This document shows positions 10,901 to 23,995 of a stretch of DNA of 64,000 bases, one piece after another; the stretch's first letter is position 1, and the number at the start of each line of letters is the position of its first letter. The translations under genes and the position numbers were made by a program. Under the pieces are notes generated by a model that did no database searches, was not told where the DNA came from, and saw nothing but the letters and a program-made list of their open reading frames with translations. The stretch is from Takakia lepidozioides (Eukaryota > Plantae > Bryophyta), in assembly GCA_030704615.1 (NCBI GenBank), contig CM060731.1:83266001-83330000 (forward strand), written 5' to 3'.

Positions 10901-13900
10901 GTTTGGAAGGCAAAACATGGAAGAAATTGTGGTTTTGGGTCCAAATGAATTTTGATCGCTCCCAAATTCGGCACGCACGTTGCATATGGCTACATTACAC
11001 GCCCCATTCAAAACCGAATGAAAAAATAAATAAATAATCGTGAGCACGCGAAACACGGTCCAATAGGTCCCAAAGCAAACAGGAGATCCAACGGAATACA
11101 TTCAACGGGTGAACGGATGGTTGCCCATCCAAATCATTTTTGTTTGCTTCGAAACTTTGTCAACACATTCCAGACACTCTCTCACAGGTCTCGGACTAAT
11201 ATCAGATCAATCGAAATTCATTCGATGGCTCAACGGATGGTTGGCCATCGAAATGATTTTGGTTCGCTTTGAGACTTGGCCACTATGTTCAATGTGCCAT
11301 GTAAGAGGCCCCAGAGTTATATGAGATCAATCGAAATTCGTTCAATGGGCCAACGGATGGTTGCCCATCCAAATAATTTTCGTTTGCTTTGAAACTTGGC
11401 CACTGTGTTCAATGTACCCTCTGATACGTCCCAGTGTAATACGAGATCAATCGAAATTCGTTCGATTGTCCAATGAGGCGTTCACTTGTCATCTGGTTTT
11501 TGTTCACTGCGAAAAAGAAATCCCGCAATGCGTTCAAGGCTATTGCACCCATTGAACGGATGTGGTTGAAGCCCCTCTTTTGCCCGCATGTGCTTGAACA
11601 TGTGCGGAGACACAACAGACGAATAAATCATTTGCCTCCCCATCGACGCGCTCCCCCCTCGAGCCATTCCACAATTTAATTGAATTTAAATTTATTTTGA
11701 ACCAATAAATAGGTTTGCACTGCCTTTCATTATGGGGTTTCTGGCACGTATCGATTTTGTTTTTGGCTCAATTTTGTTCTGCGGCTTCCAACATCCCACC
11801 GCTACTCCCCCGCCAAATTTTGGACCAATCAAAAATGCCCCCCCCAAAAAGTGTTCTCTTCGCTCACTATTGCAGAACTCTTTATGAAGAGTACATGAAG
11901 TAGAACACAAATCAAGTTTGCAGTGCAAAAGAGGGAAGGAAATTTGTGGTTTTGGGTGCAAATGAATTTTGATCGCTCCCAAATTCGGCACGCACGTTGC
12001 ATATGGCTACATTACACGCCCCATTCAAAAACCGAATGAAAAATAAATAAAAATCGTGAGCACGCGAAACACGGTCCAAAAGGTCCCAAAGCAATAGAAG
12101 ATCCAACGGAATACATTCAACGGGTGAACGGATGGTTGCCCATCCAAATCATTTTTGTTTGCTTCGAAACTTTGCCAGCACGTTCGAGACACCCTCTCGC
12201 AGGTCTCGGACTAATATCAGATCAATCGAAATTCATTCGATGGCTCAACGGATGGTTGGCCATCGAAATGATTTTGGTTCGCTTTGAGACTTGGCCACTA
12301 TGTTCAATGTGCCATGTAAGAGGCCCCAGAGTAATATGAGATCAATCGAAATTCGTTCAATGGGCCAACGGATAGTTGCCCCATCCAAATGATTTTCGTT
12401 CGCTTTGAAACTTGGCCACTGTGTTCAATGTACCCTCTGATACGTCCCAGTGTAATACGAGATCAATCGAAATTCGTTCGATTGTCCAATGAGGCGTTCA
12501 CTTGTCATCTGGTTTTTGTTCACTGCGAAAAAGAAATCCCGCAATGCGTTCAAGGCTATTGCACCCATTGAACGGATGTGGTTGAAGCCCCTCTTTTGCC
12601 CGCATGTGCTTGAACATGTGCGGAGACACAACGGACGAATAAATCATTTGCCTCCCCATCGACGCGCTCCCCCCTCGAGCCATTCCACAATTTAATTGAA
12701 TTTAAATTTATTTTGAACCAATAAATAGGTTTGCACTGCCTTTCATTAGAGGGTTTCCGGCACGTATCGATTTTGTTTTTGGCTCAATTTTGTTCTGCGG
12801 CTTCCAGCATCCCACCGCTACTCCCCCGCCAAATTTTGGACCAATCAAAAATGCCCCCCCAAAAAAGTGTTCTCTTCGCTCACTATTGCAGAACTCTTTA
12901 TGAAGAGTACATGAAGTAGAACACAAATCAAGTTTGCAGTGCAAAAGAGGGAAGGAAATTTGTGGTTTTGGGTGCAAATGAATTTTGATCGCTCCCAAAT
13001 TCGGCACGCACGTTGCATATGGCTACATTACACGCCCCATTCAAAAACCGAATGAAAAATAAATAAAAATCGTGAGCACGCGAAACACGGTCCAAAAGGT
13101 CCCAAAGCAATAGAAGATCCAACGGAATACATTCAACGGGTGAACGGATGGTTGCCCATCCAAATCATTTTTGTTTGCTTCGAAACTTTGCCAGCACGTT
13201 CGAGACACCCTCTCGCAGGTCTCGGACTAATATCAGATCAATCGAAATTCATTCGATGGCTCAACGGATGGTTGGCCATCGAAATGATTTTGGTTCGCTT
13301 TGAGACTTGGCCACTATGTTCAATGTGCCATGTAAGAGGCCCCAGAGTAATATGAGATCAATCGAAATTCGTTCAATGGGCCAACGGATAGTTGCCCCAT
13401 CCAAATGATTTTCGTTCGCTTTGAAACTTGGCCACTGTGTTCAATGTACCCTCTGATACGTCCCAGTGTAATACGAGATCAATCGAAATTCGTTCGATTG
13501 TCCAATGAGGCGTTCACTTGTCATCTGGTTTTTGTTCACTGCGAAAAAGAAATCCCGCAATGCGTTCAAGGCTATTGCACCCATTGAACGGATGTGGTTG
13601 AAGCCCCTCTTTTGCCCGCATGTGCTTGAACATGTGCGGAGACACAACAGACGAATAAATCATTTGCCTCCCCATCGACGCGCTCCCCCCTATTCCACAA
13701 TTTAATTGAATTTAAATTTATTTTAAACCAATAAATAGGTTGTCACTGCCTTTCATTATGGGGTTTCTAGCACGTATCGATTTTGTTTTTGGCTCAATTT
13801 TCTTCTGCGGCTTCCAGCATCCCACCGCTACTCCCCCGCCAAATTTTGGACCAATAAAAAATGCCCCCCCCAAAAAAGTGTTCTCTTCGCTCACTATTGC

Positions 13901-15936
13901 AGAACTCCTTATGAAGAGTACATGAAGTAGAACACAAATCAAGTTTGGAGTGCAAAACAGGGAAGAAATTGTGGTTTTGGGCCCAAATGAATTTTGATCG
14001 CTCCCAAATTCGGCACGCACGTTGCATATGGCTACATTACACGCCCCATTCAAAAACCGAATGAAAAATAAATAAATAATCGTGAGCACGCGAAACACGG
14101 TCCAACAGGTCCCAAAGCAATAAGGAGATCCAACGGAATACATTCAACGGGTGAACGGATGGTTGCCCATCCAAATCATTTTTGTTTGCTTCGAAACTTT
14201 GCCAGCACGTTCGAGACACCCTCTCACAGGTCTCGGACTAATATCAGATCAATCGAAATTCATTCGATGGCTCAACGGATGGTTGGCCATAGAAATGATT
14301 TTGGTTCGCTTTTGAGACTTGGCCACTATGTTCAATGTGCCATGTAAGAGGCCCCAGAGTAATATGAGATCAATCGAAATTCGTTCAATGGGCCAACGGA
14401 TGGTTGCCCATCCAAATGATTTTCGTTCGCTTTGAAACTTGGCGAGTGTGATCAATGTACCCTCTGATACGTCCCAGTGTAATACGAGATCAATCGAAAT
14501 TCGTTCGATTGTCCAATGAGGCGTTCACTTGTCATCTGGTTTTTGTTCACTGCGAAAAAGAAATCCCGCAATGCGTTCAAGGCTATTGCACCCATTGAAC
14601 GGATGTGGTTGAAGCCCCTCTTTTGCCCGCATGTGCTTGAACATGTGCGGAGACACAACAGACGAATAAATCATTTGCCTCCCCATCGACGCGCTCCCCC
14701 CTATTCCACAATTTAATTGAATTTAAATTTATTTTAAACCAATAAATAGGTTGTCACTGCCTTTCATTATGGGGTTTCTAGCACGTATCGATTTTGTTTT
14801 TGGCTCAATTTTGTTCTGCGGCTTCCAGCATCCCACCGCTACTCCCCCGCCAAATTTTGGACCAATAAAAAATGCCCTCCCAAAAAAGTGTTATCTTCGC
14901 TCAGTATTGCATAACTCTTTATGAAGAGTGCATGAAGTAGAACACAAATCAAGTTTGGAGTGCAAAACAGGGAAGGAAATTGTGGTTTTGGGTCCAAATG
15001 AATTTTGATCGCTCCCAAATTCAGCACGCACGTTGCATATGGCTACATTACAAGCCCCATCCAGAAACCGAAGGAAAAATAAATAAATAATCGTGAGCAC
15101 GGGAAACACGGTCCAACAGGTCCCAAAACAATAAGGAGATCCAACGGAATACATTCAACGGGTGAACGGATGGTTGCCCATCCAAATCATTTTTGTTTGC
15201 TTCGAAACTTTGCCAGCACGTTTGAGACACCCTCTCACAGGTCTCGGACTAATATCAGATCAATCAAAATTCATTCGATGGCTCAACGGATGGTTGGCCA
15301 TCGAAATGATTTTGGTTCGCTTTGAGACTTGGCCACTATGTTCAATGTGCCATGTAAGAGGCCCCAGAGTAATATGAGATCAATCGAAATTCGTTCAATG
15401 GGCCAACGGATGGTTGCCCATCCAAATGATTTTCGTTCGCTTTGAAACTTGGCCAGTGTGTTCAATGTACCCTCTGATACGTCCCAGTGTAATACGAGAT
15501 CAATCGAAATTCGTTCAATTGTCCAATGAGGCGTTCACTTGTCATCTGGTTTTTGTTCCATGCGAAAAAGAAATCCCGCAATGCGTGCATGGCTATTGCA
15601 CCCATTGAACGGACGTGGTTGAAGCCCCTCTTTTGCCCGCATGTGTTTGAACATGTGCGGAGACACAACAGACGAGTAAATCATTTGCCTCCCCATCGAC
15701 GCGCTCCCCCCCTCGAGCCATTCCACAATTTAATTGGATTTAAATTTATTTTAAGCCAATAAATAGGTTTGCACTTCCTTTCATTATGGGGTTTCTGGCA
15801 CGTATCGATTTTGTTCTGCGGCTTCCATCATCCCACCGCTACTCCCCCGCCAAATTTTGGACCAATAAAAAATGCCCCCCAAAAAAAGTGTTCTCTTCGC
15901 TCATTATTGCAGAACTCTCTATGAAGAGTGCATGAA
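4947..15936. repeat. Tandem macrosatellite, 11 units of ~1016 bp, each containing 3-4 diverged ~120-bp subrepeats
   Basis: Anchor GTAGAACACAAATCAAGTTT at ~4947, 5839, 6824, 7838, 8853, 9868, 10885, 11900, 12916, 13927 and 14938; GATCAATCGAAATT recurs every 120 bp (e.g. 5262, 5382, 5502); units 1 and 2 are shortened by deletions. Confidence 0.97.
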
Positions 15937-17669
15937 GCTGACGTGATGTCTGACGTGTCCGGGCCATGTCACGTCAGGAATGATAACTAGGCTCCTACCT
16001 CCTCTTCACTCCTCAAGGGCTCACCACACTCTCAAATGACAAAACCTCTTTGCTTTTTGGGGAAGATGTTATCATTTCATATAAAAATGGCTCTTGGCCC
16101 TTACACACTAGGTCCTAGGATCTCCCTAGTCTCCCTAGCACACTAGATGCTTGCTCCAAGCTTGCCTAAAACAACTAGGCTAAGCTCTAAGCCAACAAGC
16201 AATCTATGACTTCACAACAAAAGCTAGTTGCCAAAACATAAAACAAGTTTCTCAAGCTAGCTTCTAAGCAACTAACAAACAAGCAACTAACAAGCAAAAA
16301 AACACAAGTGAAGTCTTGAGCAAGCTCAAGTCCTAACCTACTTATACTAGAAATACTATAAAAAAAGAATGGATGACATCCAAAATCCTTGGATGGAATA
16401 GGCAATCAATCACTTTCTGGTTGGTAGGTGGCACAAATCATCCAACCGGCTGGTTGGGGGCGGTACTAACTTGTGGACCCAAAAATCCCATCAAAATGAA
16501 TTTCTCTTGGCCACGGTCGCCCGAAAACCTCAAAAATAGTGAATTGTTGCTAACTTCCTCCAAAAATCTCGAAACTTGGCCACAAACTCCCTTGTGGTAT
16601 GCTTGAAATACCCACTAGACTTCAAGTTCATGTGGTCCAACCATCAACCATAAAAAATAAACAAGCGCCAATTGCACGTGAAAACTATGTTTCAATGCGT
16701 AGCATAATTTTTTGGTTGGGAACAAATCAACACCAGGGGCTGAAACTCCTTCCACATCATCTTGTCTCCCTTTTAACCACATCGTAAAAAGCCCTCCACA
16801 AACATCGCTCGATTCCAGCCTCGTCCTGTTAGCTGAAGGTACTTAACACAGCAAAATCCCAGTCAGCCGCTACCGTTGGATAAAACCTCTTTAGGATTTT
16901 TTTTAGGAGACCAAGACTCCTTGGAAGCTCCTTGAATTGAAATCATACCAAAAGGTGGAATTGTCCTCCTGAGAAAAAGAGATCACTGCCGGCAGTCTGC
17001 TACTTGCCGCATTGCAGTGTCTGTTTTGCATGAATGAACTAAAACACAGGGGAACCCATGCTTCATCCTTGTCACTGACTTACCCGAGCAGTAAAATGAA
17101 ATCGTATCATGAGCATGTGTGCTCCACGCCTCCAGCGTCCTCATGAACTGTATTGAAGCAATGTGGAAATTTCTACATGGTATTGCGAGACTGTTGTCAA
17201 CCGTGTCGTTGAAAGAATAACCCAGTGGGTAGTTTGTCATTGAGGTCAAGCTCTCCTAACTTGCCTCTGCTTGAATAGCGATCGGATGTTGAGGTGAGGA
17301 ACAGGTAGACCGTTGTCTGCAATCGTTTTAATCGGCCCAGGCTAGATGTTCGAACGGTCGACTGGAATCGCACGCCTTGCTGCTCCCTGCAAGTACCCTA
17401 GTCATATAAACTCCTGAGCGCTTTGGCTTCATGGACGTCGCAGACCCTTCCATTTGTGGGCCATACCAGCTGGGTCTGTATTTTCCATGAGCGATGAGCA
17501 GACAAGCCATGAGCCATGAACAGAGTTTTTGAACCTACACCGAAGCAAACCTGAAGCCAGATTCCAGGTTCAGAATAGGCTCGGGATATGAGCAAAGCTG
17601 AAGGACCAAAGTTATATTCCTAAATAGAAGGTGTACCACCTATACCCGCGCGGGCCAAACGGAAAATGT

Positions 17670-17935
17670 ACAGCTGGAAGTTTGTGCCGACTTATCAAAA
17701 AATATTTTATATTTAAAAAAAAAACTGAAAATTGGGAAGCCGGAAGTCTGTGCCGACTTCTCATATAATATAATATAATATTTAAAAGTCTGTGCCGACT
17801 TCTCAAAATATAATATAATTTAATTTAAAAAAACTGAAAATTAGGAAGCCGGAAGTCTGTGCTGACTTCTCTAATAATAATAATAATAATAATCCGGAAA
17901 ATAGGCAGCCGGAAGTCCGTGCCGACTTCTCAAAA
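17670..17935. repeat. Five copies of the hairpin GAAGTC-TGTGCC-GACTTC in AT-rich/(TAA)n spacers
   Basis: Copies near 17676, 17742, 17786, 17851 and 17911. Confidence 0.85.
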
Positions 17936-18329
17936 TAAAGATACAAACGCCCAAATATGGGGAATTCCCGAACCTAGCTTTGCATCCGAACCTAACTTGA
18001 TTGTTCTATGATGAGGGAAAATCGTGCGCTTGTAACACTGAAAAACAGATTCGGATGGTCAAAAAACAGGTTCGGATGGTCGGAAACTTAGGAATATTTG
18101 CAGAAATATGCGATAAATATTCTTTTTTGGGGTTCTGCTCATGCTTTTTTGTGCTCACTGCTCATACAAAAACAACCCCCCCAGTAACTGTGTCGATGTT
18201 TCGCCGTTTCTGATACAAATGGTCTTGTTTCGTCGCTGTCTGTGTACAAATCGGCTCTCCTTGCCTCAAAAACATGAAAAAAACACTCCGCGCGTTAAAT
18301 TATGCACCTACACACCACCAGGGATTTGA

Positions 18330-19290
18330 TTTCCAAAATATAACAAAAGCTTTATATAGCGAAAATACAAAGAAAGGCGAAAGGCACAACTTTTTACCAC
18401 CAATGGACCTGAGAATTTACAAGCTGATACAAGATATATAATTGTAGTCTGTCACCAAGTTTGGTGATTTATGGAGCAGATTAGCAACGGCACCAAATTA
18501 TTGGGTCAACGACATTCACGGTAGCCGATTATTTGAGTTTTTACTTCATGGATGGATGAAAAATCCTAAAATTCGCCTTGAGGAGCTGGTTGGATGAAAT
18601 GACAACTCGCACCAACTGGTCATCCATCTGGATGGATGAAAAGCCAGCTTTCATTGGCCTCTAAGTCTTTTCATCCATGTTGAATATTATACTATAAATC
18701 TTCCAAGGATACAATAGTTTAATGAATAGTTTTCATTAGTTTATTAGGCTCAGAAACAGTATAAAAGAGGAGCAAGGCTTCCCTTGCTCTTCACCTAGTT
18801 CCATTGCATAGTTTTCCTTTTGCTTCATATGTAGTTGCTTTGTTAGAATTGCTTGAGGAGGCCTAGGTCCTAGGGAGTGGAGCTTGAAGTTCCCTAGTAT
18901 AGGAAATTTGTAGAGGACTAAGGCAAGAAGCCTAGTTCATTGTGGCCTTGAGGCCTTGTTGAATTTGAGCAAGAAGGTTGTGCAATTCCATGTGGGGAGA
19001 GAGACCTGGAGACGAGTAGGAAAGGCCGGTTGGACCTAGTGACGAGTACTGCATGACGACCGCATAGAGTACCATTCACGAGTCGTTAGAGCATCACAGG
19101 CTCCGCGCACATTGGAAGGTTGACACAATTCCTTACTTGTCATTTATACACTTGAAGTGTGATTTCTTTTCCAAGCTATGACTTGAAGTTTGAAAATAGA
19201 TTAACCAAAATAGCCTTCTGGAAGAGGTGATGTTCACTATGTATTTGCTATGATTTAAGCTTACATTTGATGTGGGAGAACCCCATGACA
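18330..19290 (+). mobile_element. Probable LTR fragment of another retrotransposon; start uncertain
   Basis: Non-coding, TATAAAAG at ~18760, ends CCCCATGACA (inverse of the TGTCATGGG at 1603). Confidence 0.35.
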
Positions 19291-20779
19291 TAACCAGAAG
19301 CTAGACTACTTGTTGAAAGGCCTAGAGAGGCCCTGATAACCTTCTATAGTTACCCCACTAAGGAACCTTGAATACAAGGAAAAGGGGGGGAAGGGTTTGT
19401 TTTTTGTTTTGGGCCTTGGTTTTTTTTTAGTGTAGGAGCTGCCCACGGGCCGCCAGCAGTATGGGGAAGCCCCGACTGGTGCGCCCGGGAGCCAGGGACC
19501 CAACAGAGGAAACGCGGGAGGCAGCCGTGACCCCACGCCTCTGCGCTGAGGAGGCGGGGCGCTGACCCTGGTCATACGAACACAAATGGACAGCCTGCGT
19601 GGCCAGCATGCGGGCGAAAACAGCCGCGTGCCGAAAAACGCGCTATTACCCGTGAGGTTGAGTTTTTCATGAGCAGAGACCGAAAATTCCATGAGCAAAT
19701 GCCACCGAACATAGCATTATCCGCCATTCGGAGGCATATTCTTCACCGTTAACTCTGAACCTGCGCCGAGCCTGTGCCAAACCTGAATTTTTAATCTCGG
19801 AATTACTGAAGCAGGGTCCATTGGCGGAGCAGAGCTTGTGCCGAACCTCCTTTTTGTATCCCGGAATTCTTGGAGAAATGTCATGTCGGTTAGCCGTGCC
19901 ACGGTTCGACGTCGAACAGCGCTAGGCTGTAATGCAGGAGGCGGAAAGTTTGAGCCCTAAGCAAAAACGAGAGGATGAGGGCATCGTCCACAATGGTAGC
20001 AAGGTTGGAGATAATCTGTAGGTGTAATGGAACCCATCAGATCTCCAGAATATTCCCAACCACTCCCATTGTGAGCCCCAACCACATCCCTCAAGTATGA
20101 AACCTTGATGCCAGTTAGGACATATAAAGAAACATGACCTCTAGCTGCAAACGATATGGGATAAAGATGTGGAAGGTCCAATTTGAAAACAGTCCAAAAA
20201 GGCCCAGAATGTGACAAACTACAATGACTAATATGCACTTCAAATTCATGCGAAATAGATTCTTAAAGGAAATGAGAGATGATGAATCGGCCAATCACGC
20301 CTCGGGAAATGGCCGCGATACAGATTGAGTGCATGGCCGTCCTAGGAGGAACCGACAGTTTCCAGCCGCTTCCCGACAACAGAATACTGCACCGCAGTTC
20401 CCGGAGTGAATTGCCAGAGGTAGCATTCCAGGACGCACGCCGAAATGGAAATCTGAAGGAATTTCTGAAATTTCAAGTTGAATTGTTGAAATGGATGAAA
20501 TGTAATAATGGATGAAAACCCGAGGAAAATGGAAATGTGTAGGTACTTATGAAACATCAACTGTGGATTCATTTTGAGGGCAAAAGGCCTGTTCGGTGCC
20601 GAACACTGAACTCATATCATAAAAGGATCAATGCACCAACACAAGAAAGACAATCGACAAATGAAGAAAGGAAATCAACAGTGTTCGGTGTCGAACACTG
20701 ACATCCTGTCAACAAACGGGCTATGCAACGAATGGATGAAATGTGGAAATAGATGAAAACCCGAAATTTGGAGGTCTAG

Positions 20780-21511
20780 TGTCGTGCACCTCACTTTGGT
20801 AAGCTCCCCTTCAAGTCATAGTTACTCGCTTTGATGCGCGCGCCTAACTCCCAACCTGGCCACCGGACCAACTCGGAGCTTCGGCTGCTCACCGGGACAT
20901 AACGGTCCCTTTTTTTTTTCCCCCAACAGACCCTCCACCAATTTGGGCCTAGTGGAAATTCCCTTTGGTAGATGGCAGTCCGGAATAGCTCCCCACTCCT
21001 TGGTCGCTTTTCGGCTCGCTCGCTTACTCACTAGTTTTTGGTTACCAACGGGCTTGCACCGTTCTCGGGGTTACTACTCCCTATATATACTTCTGTGACT
21101 GTCCGCGGGGGTTTCACAAACAACCATGCCATTTTATGGCGAACCACCACGAAGACCCTCGATTCCCGGTGATGAGTCGCGGTGAGTCTTGGCCCACCCA
21201 CCTCGGCCCCGTTGGACCGTGGTGAGTCCCAAGACTCCCCACGACTCCCACCACAAGGTCTCCGCCCCATGGTGAGTCCTATGCCACCCCCACTAAGTCC
21301 CATCAAGCAACCACCACCTCTTGTGGAGCCACCCCCACCACAACCCTGTGTGCGGGGCTCCACCTAGTGAGTGTCTCCGCCTCCTTGAGTGCCTTGGGCA
21401 CTCAAGGGTGTTTCAGCCCCCCGTACCTATTGCTGCCACTGCCCCTGCCCCCACCACAGGGGCAGCCCCTCTGCGTCCCGATCCCCTGCCCTCAGGCAAA
21501 GGGCCGCGACA
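20780..21511. mobile_element. Solo LTR (~730 bp) inserted into the palindrome-repeat region
   Basis: TGTCGTG...CCGCGACA termini; flanks TCTAG/TCTTA are an imperfect 5-bp TSD; the host repeat unit resumes on the far side. Confidence 0.65.
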
Positions 21512-21968
21512 TCTTACTACACCTCAAGTGTGGAAGGTAATCTGAGGGCGACTGTAGTGTTCGGTGTCAAACACTAAGTCCTGCCAACTAAGGAGGAAAG
21601 ACATAAAATTTGAGTAATGGATGAAATTTGGAAATGGATTAAAACCCGACGGAAAAGGAAATGTGGAGTCTTTCTGAATTTCAAATGTGGATTGAAATTA
21701 AAATGCGACTGTAGTGTTCGGTGCCGAACACTAAATTCCTGTCAACCAAGGAGCAACTTCATATAGTGAATGAAATGATGAAATGCTGAAATGGATGAAA
21801 AACCCAAGGCCAATGCAAATTTGAAAGTTTTTCTGTCATCTTAAATGGATGAAAACCCCATTCAACCATATTCATCCACAATTCAATCCAACCATCATCA
21901 TCCATGAAACGATCATGCATTTTATTATTTCAGAGAACATTTTACTGCCAGGAAGATCAAGCAAATTT

Positions 21969-22531
21969 CTAAATTGATAAATCTCTCACAACCCTTTGCC
22001 TGTAATGGGGGCATGTCGCATTCAGTTGCAGCCATCCGTCGATGCATATGCTATGGAAGCGATGCGTGCACAGGTGAAGTGTTCGGACTGCATCCCCAGG
22101 TTGTGGTTCTCCATGCATATCGAACATCTATCCAAACCAACATCTGCTGCAGCCAAAAATGTCTGAGGAAAAGAGATCTCGATGAAATCCAAAGAAACCC
22201 CAGTCCAGCTGCGCCCTACATCCTCTTGTGCAACATCGAACTCTTCCCAAACTTCAAATTCGTCCTCCTCGACGACACCTTCATTGTGCCCTTCCTCCTC
22301 TTCCTCATCTATGGAAGAGAACTCAATTGCCATGACCTCTGACCAAGTCAGATTCATTCCGAAGTCCTCCAAGTGTTCTGCGACCAACGATTCATTTTCC
22401 TCCAGCCGCTCAAAACACTCGGCAATCTCAGGGGCGAAGTCGGAAATATTGCCCACGTATGCCCGTCTCTCCTCGAATAACTCAGGGCGGTTGTTGTTCT
22501 CTCCCCCCGGTGTGTCATTCCCACCATCCAT
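21969..22531 (-). pseudogene. Intronless acidic protein with a C-terminal RING-H2 E3-ligase domain; one frameshift and last Cys changed to Tyr
   Basis: CSICMEN/QPGDAVRTLHLCTHRFHSICIDGWLQLNATCPHYRQRV after correcting one frameshift at ~22100. Confidence 0.85.
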
Positions 22532-23354
22532 ATCGCAGGATAACAGAGTGAGTCGATTGAGAAGGACTCAGCAGAGAACAAGAATACGAAAGACAGTGTG
22601 AGCGGGGGGGGCGGCTGAGAAGAAAGAACCCTGCTAATCCCACAACCTCCCTGGACCATCAGATCTGACCTGGAAACCCTAACTACATCAATGAATCAGA
22701 GTTGACTGTATATCCCCGGAATATACCTGAACCACATTCGTTAGTGCAGGCTAACAAACTCTGACACTGTTACATCGAATCTGCGTCCACTGGTAGCCAA
22801 AGTATAAAGGAGGGGATGAAATTAGAGAGTTTGATTAAACCATCCGGGTGTTCGTTACTGAACATTCAGTTTTTTTCGTAGTCTTATGTATAAGATGGGT
22901 ATTCTGACAGTTCTGACATGGTCCCATCGTCAACATCTAACAGAAACTGTCTGGCTGTTCGGCACCGAACGTCTGAATGATCTCAAGAGCACAAATTGAG
23001 ACATATTCAGTATACTAGAAACGTACAGAAAAAAAAAAAAAAAATCGGTTCAACGTAGACATTTTAACATCTTTTTGGCTGTTCGGTGTCGAACCTCCAT
23101 AATCGTTGGCGACATGCAAATCCAACGCCAGTGAGTCTCTGCATCTCCTACGAATTGGTCATAAAATTATTTATCTTGCTTTTGTTCCTTTAGCATGAAC
23201 TGTTCAATATTCAAAGGTGAAGTTATACACAACTGACACATGGAAATTATAATTTATTTATTAACAAGTACATGATGCCAACTTCAAGTGACACTGACAG
23301 TGGCTGCATACCCTAGTCAGCTTTTTATTATTCATATATTATCCTCAGAATACT

Positions 23355-23966
23355 CTAGTCGTCGCTGTGCTGAGGTGCATCTCCAAAGAGTCCATCGTCA
23401 CCTTCTTCAGGTATTCTAGTGTTTGCACTATCCTCTTCATTCTCATCTTCCTCAGCAAAAGTATCAAAGAATTTCCTAACACCTCTCATTTTCTTGGCCT
23501 TCCTCTCCTGAGGCCAAAATGGTCTGGAAGACATGGCAAAGTTATCCTTTGCGGCCTGCCTTCGAGCAACTGCTTCCACATAGCTTGGCAGCTCATAATG
23601 TTGCGGTGGACTTATGATGACGGGCTTCAAATACCGTGTCCGCCTCTTCCTCTTAGCCTGTTTCTCTTGAGTCAGTCGTCTGTTCAATCTACCGTTAGTC
23701 CCTCGACATGGAACTTCTTGCAGAAATACACAAGTGCAGAAAATTCCAAAAGGAAAAGCAGTAGGCACTTACTTACCCAGGTTGGGAGCATCCGGAACAA
23801 GAATTTGTACGTCCTCCCTGACCCAGTCTGAACTAGATACAGAATTTTGCCCTGTCTCAGGAGCCTGCGGAGGTTCTTTCTGGAGTCCCCAAAGTCTGGC
23901 ATCCAACAGAGAATTGTCGTTCAACAGCACCACTAGGTTCCGCCCACTCATTGTTGCCGCACGCAT
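23355..23966 (-). CDS. Possible two-exon ORF of unknown function with basic clusters and an acidic tail
   Basis: ORFs 23769-23966 and 23355-23768; donor G|GTAAGT at ~23776 followed by a pyrimidine tract; acceptor unclear. Confidence 0.3.
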
Positions 23967-23995
23967 GGAGTTCCCTGTCCCTGCAATTAAATCTA

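Larger units (their letters stand above)
3600..15992. mobile_element. Non-autonomous TIR DNA transposon (possibly CACTA/EnSpm-like), 12.4 kb
   Basis: Left GCCTAATTATCATTTTTGACGTGACGTAGCGCTGACACGTC versus right end reverse complement GCCTAGTTATCATTCCTGACGTGACATGGCCCGGACACGTC, an imperfect ~55-bp TIR. The left end is preceded by CACT. No TSD and no transposase seen. Confidence 0.75.
20490..23100. repeat. Dispersed degenerate repeats built on the palindrome TGTTCGGTGCCGAACA plus ATGGATGAAA motifs
   Basis: Palindrome at ~20590, 20682, 21558, 21716, 22849, 22956 and 23080. Confidence 0.75.

Noticed and set aside
4947-15936. Tandem gene cluster or 5S rDNA array
   Set aside because: The 60-140 aa ORFs overlap on both strands, lack motifs and are broken by unit indels; the 120-bp subrepeat shows no 5S rRNA sequence
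15993-16790. Defined LTR
   Set aside because: Composition is LTR-like, but no termini, PBS, PPT or second copy could be located
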